A DNA stretch of 64,000 nt from Mobula hypostoma (Eukaryota): contig NC_086108.1 in assembly GCF_963921235.1 (NCBI RefSeq), forward strand, positions 24,428,001 to 24,492,000, read 5' to 3'. The first letter of the stretch is position 1. The number at the start of each line of letters is the position of its first letter. A program made the position numbers and the translations under genes. Positions 11,959 through 24,186 of the stretch are shown piece by piece. The notes under the pieces were generated by a model, which did no database searches, had not been told where the DNA came from, and saw only the letters and a program-made list of their open reading frames with translations.

Positions 11959-13869
11959 GCAGTATCTTTTTGTAACTAAGACTCTCTTCTGGATTGCTTT
12001 CAATGCAAGTATATTCTTTCTTACATAAGAGATCAAAAACTGTACACACCTGCTTCCCGTCATCACTGTAACATAAAGTTGCGCACTTCATTACCTTCAG
12101 GATGTGGTCATGCTTCCTTCTAAGGCTCTGTAAACTGTGCTAATGTTGATATATTATACAATTTGTTTGCTCTGAAGATTTCCACCAATGAGCTGCTTAC
12201 TTCCCATGCAAAATCTGTGCTGATGAAGCAGTTGCAAATGGTCAATCAGAGATTGCATCAACTTGACACAACATCTTTGCCCATGATTTTCACTGTAGTG
12301 GCCAAAAAAGTGCTATTCATTCCAAAATTACTGGATTATTGCAGTGACAGGATGAAAAATCTGTTCAATGTTTTGTATGACACAGAGGATTGTTGAAAAA
12401 TTAATGATATCAACTGTTTCTTGATGCAAAATTGTGCAAATAATGAAAAGAAAATTGATGCCCAAAACAGTAGCACATCTCATTCTGTATAAAAGCTGAC
12501 ATAGTCAATAAAATAAATTGAAATTTTGTTTTGTATTATTATGCACAAATCATCCAGTGCATCATCTACCTCTTCAGAAAATAGTAAGCAAAACTAACAT
12601 ATTTTCTTGATGGAAATAATGGCTTTCACATAAGAGATTAAAATGAGATTCTGTTTGCTTTCAGATACAGAACAATGAAAGGTTCTACAGGGGAACCTGC
12701 ATAGCAGCAGCATGAATCTTGCTAACACTTCTCCTTCAACAAACATCACCAAATCAGTGTGATACGTCAAAAGATCAGTGTGATTATTTATGCAACCATT
12801 TTGATTGGATGACTTTTGTTGTACTGCATACATAACAGTGATGTCACTTCAAAAGTAGCTAATTAGCTGTGAATAGCTTCAAAAAGCATCTTTTTTTTGG
12901 CACAGAACAACATCAAAACTTGGATATGTTAATTCTTACATACTTGGAAAATTTATTTTTAAAACCGTTAATTTTAAAAGGAAAATTATCATAAGGGCAA
13001 ACTATTATCACTGCACCCTAAAATATCTGTCAAAGAGGTTCAATTATTTTATTATCTGATATAAGTGTTCTTTGTACATTATCATTATTAAAGTAATTAA
13101 AACTTATTATTTGTTTTGCATACTGTATAAAGGCCAAAGTCAGCTTGCTTCCATTCCAAATTCATCTCCAAAGACCATCCTTTGCCTCCATATGATTATC
13201 ACAATATTTATCAAACTGAAGACAAGGCAATGACAGCAAAGATGCAATGAATGCCACGGGGAATACCACATATTGCGAAGGGCATACAAGTCACTTTGAA
13301 CAGTGCCATGTTGGGTTCTGGGAAATCTTCGCGATTTAGAACATTTTGCTATATAGTTGTGTCACATTAAGTGCAGCAGGACAGCAAGTTCAAAAGGAAA
13401 TCTCCTTGTTCTGGAAGAAATAAAAAAAGACAGTCTATTCTAACTCTTTTGCTTCACTCCACCTTCCTCCCATCTTTCCTTATCTTAATTTACCAGCTCA
13501 AGCTATTTTTTCATAGGCTTGGCAAGCCTTCCCTTAGAGACATCCACATCATCAAATACTCTCTGTGGTGTGAAATCCCATATTCTTACTCCTCTTTGGA
13601 AAAAAAAAACCCTTAGATTTTTTAAAGTATTTGTTTTGTATTTTTAGCCTGCAATTAAATACTTTGCCATGAATATACACTCTTAGTTCAGCAACTCCAT
13701 CAAGGCCTAAAGACTTTTTCTTCAGAGAAAAGTGATTTGGTCTGTTCAACCTTTCCTGAAATGTAGATTGTCACATTTCTATAGCATCCTTGTAAATCTT
13801 GTTAACCAGAAGTCGGGGAAAATGGGTTGGTAATGCTTGATCACTGCAACTGAGCAACTACAAATGCTA

Positions 13870-13993
13870 AGCAACACACATGAAATGCTGGAGGAACTCA
13901 GCAGGTCAGGCAGAAATAAACAGTCAACAGGTCCCCCAGCATTTTGTGCGTGTTGCTCAAGATTTCCAGCATTTGCAGTCTCTTGTGCCTCTA
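13870..13993. mobile_element. Fold-back Penelope mini-insertion (inverted pLTR ends) with 14-bp TSD
   Basis: Inverted arms gcaacacacatgaaatgctgg... / ...ccagcattttgtgcgtgttgc. Flanked by aactacaaatgcta (13856-13869) and aactacaaatgtta (13994-14007). Confidence 0.8.
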
Positions 13994-14271
13994 AACTACA
14001 AATGTTAGTTTGAATAGCTTGACGATGGAATATCATGAAAGTTCCATAGCATTTACTTGTTTTCAGAATTATAAATAAAGCAGTAGCAATGTGGTTATGT
14101 CATGACACTTAACAGCACTTGAAGTGCTAGAGGTTTGGAGGACAGCGAATGTTGTTCTATTCTTCAGGAAAGACTTCAATTTGGGAAGTTATAGGTCAGT
14201 TAGCCAGAAATTGGCAGTGGGTAAATTATTGGAAGGCATCCTAAGGGACAAGCTACATAGGTGTTCTATCC

Positions 14272-14680
14272 AAATGCTGTGCAAAAGTCTTAGACACATA
14301 TACATAGCTTAAGACTTTACAGAATATTGCATTTGTTAATTAAGAGCAGTGTGCGAGTTTGCAAATCTGTTGGGAGCAAATGGAAAATAGAGAGCACCTT
14401 GAAGGAGGAGTGCGGGACAGTTGACAGAGATGGAGTGCTGACACAGGGGAGGCGGGTGGCATGAGTGCAGACACAGCCAACCCCGAGACTCCAGGCAAAG
14501 TCACTTGATTACAAACAATTGGTTTATTGATTATTACCGAATCTCTCTGGTGCTTCCTGCTCCCTCACTTCTCCCGCTTTTCCCAACCATGAATCCCCTT
14601 TCCCTGCCCCCTCCCCACTCTCAGTCTACAATAGAGACCCGTATTAGAATCAGATTCATCATCCCTCTCGTATGTCATAA
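14272..14680 (+). mobile_element. Tc1-type MITE copy, right end missing
   Basis: Starts tgctgtgcaaaagtcttagacac. Internal sequence is shared with 36962-37445. Confidence 0.65.
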
Positions 14681-14799
14681 AACTTCAGGCCTGTGCGTGA
14701 CAGCAGATGGCTGCTGCTTAGCTACTCTCTGGAAAAGCATTTCTCCCGGCTACATTGGACCCTTTTCAGTTTGCTTATTCCTTAAATCAGTCCATTGAT

Positions 14800-16000
14800 G
14801 ATACCATAACCTCTGCCCTAAACTCTGTCCCACCCCCAGAAAACTAGCTGTTGTTTATAGACTTCAGTTCACCATTTAACGACATTATACCCCAGAAACT
14901 GGTGGGGAAAATGTCCCCAATGGATTTCAACACCTCCCTCTGTAACTAGATCCTGGACTTCTTAACAGGAAGGCCGCAGTCAGTCCGTGTGGACAGCAAC
15001 GTCTCAACACCCATTTTGCTGAGCTTTGGTGCTCCCCAGGGCTGTGCGCTCAGTCACTGCTGCTCACACTGCTGACCCATGATTCAGCTCAAACCATACG
15101 ATCAAGTTTGTGGATAACACAAAAGTGGTTGGCCTTATTAACAACAATGGTGAGATGGAGTACAGAGAGGAAGTGGAGTGACTGATAGACTGGTGTGAAA
15201 GCAACAACCCAAGTCTGAACTTGGAGAAGATCAAGGAATAATTGTGGACTTTAGGAAGGTGCGGATGAACCACCCCACTCTGGCGCCTCTATAGAGAGTA
15301 AAGTGCACTAAGTTCCTGGGAGTTCACATCACAGATGAGCTCTCCTGGTCCCCCAATATCATCTACCTGAATTAAAAGGCACAGCAACACCTCCATTTCC
15401 CAAGGAGATCGAAGGAAGCGAGGTCCCCCTCCCGAAACATCTAAACTGAATTTTACAGGAGCACCACTAAGAGCTTCCTGACAAGTTGCATCTCCATCTG
15501 GTACGGGAGCAGCAGAGCATCAAACTAGAAGTCCCTTCAAAGGACTGTGGGAACGGCCAAGAGGATTATAGGGGTCTCACTACCAACCATCCAAGACATT
15601 TATCAAGAGCGCTGTGTACACAGGGCTCTTAGTATTATCAAGGATCTGACCCATCCCCTTTGACTTCCAGGAGACTCTGATGCATGAAGACAAGAACAGT
15701 TATGATGGAAAACAGCTTCTTCCCTTAGGCCATTAGACTTCTGAACTCCCTGACGCATTGTATTTGAAGTGTCACAGGTTAATTTGTACTGTATCTTATA
15801 ATACTTAATTTATGCACTTTACTTTGTTTATCTGTGCAGAATTCATTTGTAGATTTTATCCTTACTTTCCTAAGATATTGTGCATTATATGTATGCTATG
15901 CATACTACTATGCTTTACACTCTGGTCCAGAAAAAATTGTTGTCTTGTTTGATGGCATTCATGTATATAGTTCAATGACAATAAACTTGACTTAACTTGA
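14800..16000 (+). mobile_element. Rex1/Babar-type LINE, decayed RT and 3' UTR
   Basis: Homologous to [11 protein letters not shown]...GAPQGC...KF.D.T.VVGL. Tail is aataaacttgacttaacttga. Confidence 0.8.
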
Positions 16001-16149
16001 AAATCAAAGCAGGCCACACAATTTCGGGGTCAGATTAATAAATACCAGTCTTGCCATCCTTCAATGTAGGAAATTTAAGATGCCAGGCCAATCTCAGGAA
16101 ACAGCTTGCTTGCCTCCTGGTCAGAAGGATTTGGTTCCTGACTTCAGGA

Positions 16150-17045
16150 GTTAGAACAGAACAGTGCAGCATTGGAAAAACAACGATGTTGTGCTAATCT
16201 TGATGTCAATTTATAATAAATGCCCTCTTCCTGTGTATCATCCATAACTCTCCATTCCCTTCAGATTCATGTGTCTATCTGAAAGGCTTTTAAACTCCAC
16301 CAAACTGCCAGCTTCTACTATTACTCCTAACCCAGACACTTACCACTCTGCATGAAATCACCTCTCACACTGCCTTTAAACTTTCTCCCTCTAACCTTGA
16401 CATCACATCCTTTGGTGTTGATATCTCTGTGCTGGGGAACAGATTCTGACTGTCTACTCTATGTCTCCCATGTTTTATGAAAACTTCTATCAGGTGTATA
16501 CTTAGCTTCCAGCACTCTAGGGAGAACATCACAAGTTTGTCCAACCTTTCCTTGTATCTCCTGCCCTCTAATCCAGGCTGCATCCTGGAAAACATTTTCT
16601 GCACCCTCTTCATAGTCTTCACATCCATCCTAGACTAGAAATGTACATAATACTTCAAGTATGCTTTTACGTAGTTGCAGCATGACTTGCTTCTTCGTGA
16701 ATTCAACAGCACTACCAATGAAAGCAGGCATGTCATACACATTTTTTATCACCTATTCGACTTGCATATCCACTTTCATTGAACTGTGCACCTGGACCTT
16801 TAAATCCCTTTCTACTTCAAAGCTATTATAGGGTCTATCATTAACTGTATACTTTCATTTGACCTTCCAAAGCAACTCCCCACACTTCCCATATTAAACT
16901 CCATTAGCCTCTTCATATCTTCATATCTTCAACTGATCCATTTCTGTTTGATGATCTTTTACATTGTCCACATCTCCACCAATTTTGGTGGCATTTTCAA
17001 ACTTGGTAATCCACTCATCCACATTTTCATCCAAATTATTGATCC
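16150..17045 (-). mobile_element. CR1 LINE fragment
   Basis: MKRVQKMFSRMQPGLEGRRYKERLDKL and INNLDENVDEWITKF...TKIGG, with the 3' tail at ~16155. Confidence 0.85.
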
Positions 17046-19309
17046 CAGTGCCATTCCTTATAGAACAGTGCTGGTCCCTTACCGCCAGACAGAGTAACGG
17101 CCTTCTACTACTACTCTGTCCTTTTTGGACATAAAGCCAAGTCAGATTAGAGTAGATGCCAGGTGTGGGCCAGCTGCCCCTCCAGTGGTGTATGGAAGAA
17201 GCAGTGGATTGCCAGATGCTGCTGCATAACTGGGGAAGTTTTAAACCAAGACTTGCCATCCACTCAGCTAGGCACAAAAGATAACATTTCTGACCTTCGG
17301 TTGATGTTACCATGGTGATTCCATTACTGAAGCCTCCATTGGCTTCTCTGCCACTGCCTGACAGGTGCATTGGGCCTACTGGAACAAGTGCCAGATTGCT
17401 GCCATGTGGACAGATATTACATATTAGGCTCAAGAGTTCTCCTCAGAAAATGTACCTGGAAATGGGATATTGTTTTTCAAGCATTTGCACTCTTGTGTTA
17501 CTAGCCGAATCACTCAGTGGGCTGAGTCAAGGCTACAGAACCTGGCAAGCAGAAACAATAAAGGGAATATCAAAGGCAGCAGCCTCCACCAGCCACTGCT
17601 GTTCCCTGATTACACACTCAGGTCCTGCAAGTGAAATGCAATGATGTGGCACCTTAGGACATTCAGACCGTCTGGCAGCCATGACAGCAATGACAGCACA
17701 CCACCATATTATACCATTAGGATGCACTCAGCAGGGGAACTGGTTATAATCCAACAGGGCCCCAGTCATTCCAAGTCACCAATTGCCATTAAAATATGCT
17801 TCTGGAGAAAATATGTAATTTACCTGAGACTCTGTCCAATTTATTTTATATTTCATTGTTTTTCAATTGTCTGGCATGAGCAAGATAAACTGCAATATTT
17901 TTAAATCAAATTTTAAGGATTCAGGCATCAAGTTTGCTATTGTCTCAGACATTAGTATGACATGGACAACATACAATTTAATAACAGTTTTGGGCAAAAA
18001 GTTGCTGACAATTCTATTTTAATTAACACGATAAATTTAGGTGAAGGCAACATCAAGTTGTTACAGGAGGTTCTTAAGTGAAACTCAGTAAGGAGGAATT
18101 GCAAAATCATCCATTTTGTTAGTGAGGTGGATACAGAGTAATTTTTAAACAGCTAGCTATAAACTGAATCTGGCCTCTGAGGTATAGCAGCATTGAATTA
18201 AATCGCTTCTGCCCTTCTTTATCACAGCTAACAAAATCCATCAACTCCAGTTTTAAGGCTCTCAGTTGACATTGTGGGAACAATAATATATGATGCTGGA
18301 GAAATTTGATGTCTGGGACAGTCTACAAGACCAGCTGCTATTGAATTAACCCTTTACCAGCTCACACTTATTACAAAACTATGTATTCTATCAACTGATT
18401 TAAAACAAATGCATTATTATAGTAATGAAACACTTGGAAGAGATTGAGGAAATGATATAATCATGATAGAGTGATTCATAATGATTATGACAATTCAAAT
18501 CTAATCATGATTATAATTCTCTTATCACTCCATGTATAAAGAGAATAAATGATAGGCCAATTTGAATAGAATTCTGTAAAGCAATCATGAGTAGGCAGTA
18601 CCAATGAAGACTCAGTATTGTTATAATTTCTGTATAAAACAGAAAACAGAAAATGCAGGACACTTTTAGCAATCTGGTTGATCTATTCTTAAGTTAACAA
18701 CAGTACAGTAGGTCTCTGCACAAGCTTAAACCATCTTTAGTGTGAATAAGTTCACAATTTTACCATACTGTGTTTGAAGCAGAAGTGGAGTAAATGTGAA
18801 GATCCCAGCTCTCTTTTTGCAGAAAAGAACCACACCCTGGCTTCCCCTCCCTTCTAAATCAAGGAAATAAATAATTCATCCTGATGAGTTTCCATTAAAA
18901 CAAACAAAACGTGCATGCAGAGTGGAGGTAGGAGAAATGGAGTCAAATAAATGATGACACAGGGCTAATTGGGAGCTGTAATTGAACAATGAAACAACCA
19001 AAAGAATGATAGAGAGGAGCTAAAAATGATAAAGGTATGAACAGTAACTGCTGTACCTAAAATATGGGGCACTCATCATGATTTGATATAAATGAACTCA
19101 GTATTGAAACTGGAAGGCTGTAATTTAATGTGCTTGCTGAATTTCATTTGAACAATGTCCGAGGCCTGAGTTTCCTTTTCTACATTGACCACTATTGTTT
19201 GCCAGCTCACCTTGCAACTTTCTAATTCTATCCACACATTCCACAGAATTGCCTAATTATTAATATAAAGTTCAGGTGTACAACATAGACCCTCATCCAG
19301 TTAATCTCT

Positions 19310-19640
19310 AAATAGAAATATACAACAGCACAGTAATAGGCCAGTAAGCCCATGCCAACCAACAACTGTCCATTTACACTAATCCCACGCTAATTCTTCT
19401 TTATTCTCCTTAAATTCGTATCAACTCCTTAAGAACCTACCACCTACCTACCTACATATTCAGGACAATATAAAGTAGTCAATTAAATCACCTACTGGAC
19501 ATTAGCAAATGAATGCACCTGGAGGAAATCTTGAGGTCACAGCGAGAGTGTGCAAACTCATGCTGTTGGCAGTATGGGTCAGAATTGAATCCAATTCACT
19601 GCTAGAGTGAAGCAGCAGCTCTCCAAGCCCACTTACGCCA
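19310..19640 (-). mobile_element. V-SINE (HE1-like), decayed
   Basis: Reverse-oriented core (cacctggaggaaatc...ggtcacagcgagagtgtgcaaactc) and CR1-like tail, homologous to the other SINE copies in the window. Confidence 0.6.
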
Positions 19641-20339
19641 ACATGATCACAACTGCATTGCCCTACATGGTGTTTGGTTTGGATAATTCGTTTGATTTAC
19701 TGTAAACATTTGGATCAACCTATGATTGTTGCCAATCTCATTGTCATCTCAGGACATGGTACAGGATGGTGGGACTGCGTAGCTGGACAAAATAACGCAG
19801 GAAACAACATCTGTAGAAAGGACCAAAAAAATACTTTAAACAAGTTACTTAAAATACTCCATTTCAAGAGGGCCTGCGAGATATATCTCGGTTTAACTCC
19901 AGTGTACATTTTCTACAGCAGTGATTCATTTTTACCTATCTATGCAATAATCAATAAATAAGATACACCTTCCGTCAAATGGCAGAGAGTAATCTATTAC
20001 AAGTGTTTATATCTGAAGTTATTACCAACAATTTCCAGATTTTGCTTCCAATCTGACACCATCAAGAGAGATTTGCTTTCCTGTATTGGAAATAAAATGT
20101 TCATAATGGTTTCTGTCAGTTCGCATGTTGCCCATAAACACTAATCATTTTATTACGAGGATTATGCCTTTCTCTGGATATGTTATTGTGACAAAGGAGT
20201 TGCCAGATGAGCATTTAAGCAAAGAAGGTTAGTTTACTTCATACTTTGTAATACTGATTTCAATAATATGAGAATTTACCCCACACCCTACATCTAACCA
20301 CCACGAATTTTTGTACAAGTAATTTACTTCTGTATTTAT

Positions 20340-20590
20340 TGAAATAAAGCTTTGCATAGGCCCTTTAAGCCGTGCCGCTTAGCAACCTTGGCCTAGCCTA
20401 ATCATGGGACAATTTATAATGACCAATTAACCTACCAACCAGTACGTCTTTGGACTGTGGGAGAAAACTGAAACACCCAGTGGCAACACACGTGGTCACG
20501 GGGAGAACGTACAAACTCCTTACAGGCAGCAGTGGAAAGTGAACCCAGGTCATCTGCACTGTAAAGCGCTGTGCTAACCTGTATGCCCCT
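20340..20590 (-). mobile_element. V-SINE (HE1-like)
   Basis: Contains gtacgtctttggactgtgggagaaaactgaaacacccag...cacggggagaacgtacaaactcc, the V-SINE central domain in reverse. Confidence 0.75.
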
Positions 20591-20734
20591 TATTTTTTAG
20601 TTTTCGAGAATACTTCCAATAGGTGATAAGTTGCCTTAGATAATGTGATCACAATGTTGTGTCAAGATTAAGCTAACCCTACCCTCCCACACAGCGCCCC
20701 ATTTTTTTTTCATCCACATGCCTATTTAAGAATT

Positions 20735-23470
20735 GGGGGAGAGAGAGTGGCACTACAAATCAGGGACAATTGATCTGCACTCTGAGGGGATGTAATGGAG
20801 AATACATCCACCTGTCTACATGGCTAGAAATCAAAAATAAGAAGGGTGCAATCACCAGACCCGCAGTTGCCACTGGGACATTGAGGAACAAATATGCAGG
20901 CAGATTAAGGAAAGGTGTAAAAACAATAGGGTTGTTGTTATGGGGGATGTCAACATCCCTAATATAAACTAGGGACTTCTCAGTGCACAAGTTTATATGG
21001 GGCAGAATTTGTTACGTGCGTTCAGAAGGGTTTCTTAAATCAATATGTGGACAGCCTAACAAGAGGAGGGGCTGCACTGGATCTGGTGCTGGGTAATGAG
21101 CCTAGCCAGGAGACCAACTTTTCAGTGGGTGAGCAGTTAGGAAACATTGACTACAACTCCTTAAGTTAAGGATAATTAGACACCTTGCAGGAGGGCATTA
21201 AATTAGAGCAGGGTAAATTATGAGAGCATTAGGCAGAAGCTAGGGAGAGTTAAAAGGGAACAGCTGCTTTTGAGCAAATCCATATCTGACATGTGGAGGG
21301 TATGTAAAAATCAAATGGAAAGAGCACAGGGCAGGTATGTTTCAGTCAGAAGGAAAGACAAGGATAGCAAGGTAAGAGAACCTTGGATGCCAAGAGAGTT
21401 GGTGAATTTAGTCAAGAAGGAAAAGGAAAATATGTAAACCTTAGGAAGCTAGACTCAAATAGAACCCTTGTGAATGATAAAGAAAGCAGAAAAGAACTCA
21501 AGAAGGGAATTAGGAAAGCCAAGAAGGGCCATGAAAAGTCCTTGGCAAGTAGGATTAAAGAGAATCACAAGGCATTCTGTACAAACATCAAGAATAAGTG
21601 GATAACTAGGGAGAGGGTAGGACCACTCAACGATAAAGGGGGGATCATTTACTTGGATGCGAAGGATGTTGGTGAGGCCCTTAATGAGTACTTTACAGCA
21701 GTACTTACAAAGGGGAAGGATGTAAAGGATAGGCAAATCAGTGGCAAACGTATTGACGTGCTCAGACATTTCAAGTTAACAGAGGAGATAGTTTTGGGTC
21801 TCTTAAAGAGTAATAAGTTGGGTAACCCCCCTGGGCCTGATAGGATATAAACCAGGTTTTTGAGAGAGGCAAGAGAAGACATTGTTGGGGCCTTAACCGA
21901 TAGCTTTGTGTCTTCTCTAGCCACAGGTGAAGTCCCAGGGGACTGGTGAGTAGCTAATCTTGTTCAATTATTCAAGAAGTGAACCAGGGATAATCCTGGA
22001 ACTATAGACTGGAACTATAGAATGGTTGGAAAGATACTGGAGAGGATTCTTAGGATAGAATTTATGAGCATTTGGAAAACCATGGGAGAGGTACTTTGTG
22101 CGGGCAAGTCGTGGTAGTGCAATGGTTAGCATGACTCTGTTACAGCTTGGGGTGTTGCGGGGTTCAATTTCAGCACTGTTCTGTAAGAACTCTCTGTATT
22201 TCCTTCCAGAGTGCACAGTGCACAGGTTGCCTCCCATAGTCCAAAGATGTACCAGGAAGTTTAATTGATCATGGTAAATTGTACTGTGATTAGGTTAGAG
22301 TTAGTTGGGTTTATCAGGGATTGCTGGAGCAACACGGCTCAAAGAGCCGGAAGGGACTACTCCAGGCTGTAGTACTAAATAAACAAATAAATAAATGAAT
22401 AAAGTCACTTCTTACTAACAATCGTGTTTTTTGACGAGGTGATGAGGATGATTGATGAAGTTAGACCCGTGGATGTTGTCTACATGGATTTTAGTAAAGT
22501 GTTTGACAAAGTTTCTCATTGGAGGCAGATCCATAACATTAAGATGCAGAAGATCCATGGTGAGTTGGCCATTTGGTTTCAGAACTGGATTGCTCATAGA
22601 AGACAGAGGGTAGTGGTCAAGGGACCTACTTTAGCTGGAGGTCTGTTAATGGTGCTTTGTGGGGTTCTGTTTGTGATGTATATAAATGACCTGGATGAAA
22701 ATGTAGATGGGTGGTGAGTAAGTTTGCAGATGGTACAAAGATTGATGGCATTGTGGATAGTGTAGATATAGATTAGTTGCAGATATGGGCAGAGAAATGA
22801 CAGATGGGAGCTTAACCCAGCCAAATGTGAAATAAAGCACCTTGGTACGTCAAATGTAAAGAGGCAGTACAAGGGTAAGGGCAAGACTCTTAGTAGTGGT
22901 GTTAAGCAGAGGGACCTTGAGGTCCAAGTTCATGTCTCCCTGAAAGTGGTTGATCGGCTGGTTAAGAAGGCATATGGCATGCTTGGCTTTATTAGTCGAG
23001 GCAATGAGTTCAAAAGTCAGGAAACTATGTTGCAACTTTATAAAACTCTGGTTTAGCCACATTTGAATTATTGCACACAGTTCTGGTTGCCACATTATAG
23101 GAAGGATACTGAGGCTTTAGAGGTTTACCAGGATGTTGCGAGGATTAGGGGGCATGTGCAATAATAAGAAGTTGGACAAATTAGATCGTTTTCTCTGGAA
23201 TGGCAGAGGCTGAGGTGAGATCTGATAAAGGCCTATAAGATTATGAGGAATAGGAAGAGTAGACAGACAGTATCTTTTTCCCTGGGTTGAAATGCCTAAT
23301 ACCAGAGGACCATGCATTTAAGGTGAGAGGGGGTAATTTCAGGAGAGATGTAAGGAGCAAGATTTTTTTTTTAAAGTTTAGATTGCCATTTGATTACTAA
23401 TTTCATTGGTTCGGCACACCATTGTGGGCTGAAGGGCCTGTTACAGTACTGTACTGTTCTGTTTTCTATA
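20735..23470 (+). mobile_element. CR1 LINE ORF2 (endonuclease end to RT and 3' tail), decayed, with nested SINE
   Basis: LKKGIRKAKKGHEKSLASRIKENHKAF...PGPD, VDVVYMDFSKVFDKVSH, FVMYINDLDENV. Tail is ctgtactgttct. Confidence 0.92.
22125..22402 (+). mobile_element. V-SINE nested in CR1
   Basis: tRNA-like head ggttagc...ggttcaatt, core ctcccatagtccaaagatgtacc, and (aata)n tail. It interrupts the CR1 RT. Confidence 0.75.
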
Positions 23471-23734
23471 TTCCCCATTCTGAGGTTTGGTCTGAACAGT
23501 AACTGATTGTCTGGGATATGCCTGCATGCTTTTATGCACTGAATTCTTGCCACACGATTGGCTGATTAGATTTTTTTCTTAATGAAGTATACAGCTATAT
23601 CTAATATCTTGGCTACTGAGTATATATTAAGTTTTTATCTTTTGATAGATTTATCTGGCATAATTTTTTCTTGTCATCAGTGGCCAACACAAGATTGTAA
23701 TTTTCTTGTGTTTTTGGTAATAAGCAGTCCATTT

Positions 23735-24186
23735 GTCATAAACACGAGATTATGCAGATACTGTAAACGTTGAGCAACCCACAGATTGTGCTGGAGGAAC
23801 TCAGTATTGTAGGGTCACAGCCCAAGAGGTTGAGTCTTTATTCCCCTCTATAGACCCTGCCTAACTTGCTGAGTTCCTCCAGTATTTTGTTTTATTTATC
23901 GATAAGCGTGAAGTCGATCTTTCTGGCTCTTTGAGCCAAGCCACACAGCCACTGATAAACTCAGTTAACCCTAACCTTATCACTAAGCAATTTACAATGA
24001 CCATTTAACCTACCCAGTACATCTTTGGACTGTGGGAAGAAACCAGAGGACCCAGTGAAAACCCACACATTCCATGTGGGGGATGTACAGACTCCTTAGA
24101 GAATGGCGCTGGTATTGAACTCGGAACTCCAGAATGCCCCGACCTGTAATCACATCACTCTAACTGATACACTACCCATCTGTGCT
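23735..24186. mobile_element. Fold-back Penelope mini-insertion with a nested minus-strand V-SINE (~23891-24180)
   Basis: Inverted arms gctggaggaactcag / ctgagttcctccagta. Flanking direct repeat agtccattt at 23726-23734 and 24187-24195. Confidence 0.65.

Noticed and set aside
16921..17433. 170-aa minus-strand ORF
   Set aside because: It is a chimera: the C-terminal part is CR1 RT, and the rest has no recognisable homology or splice support.
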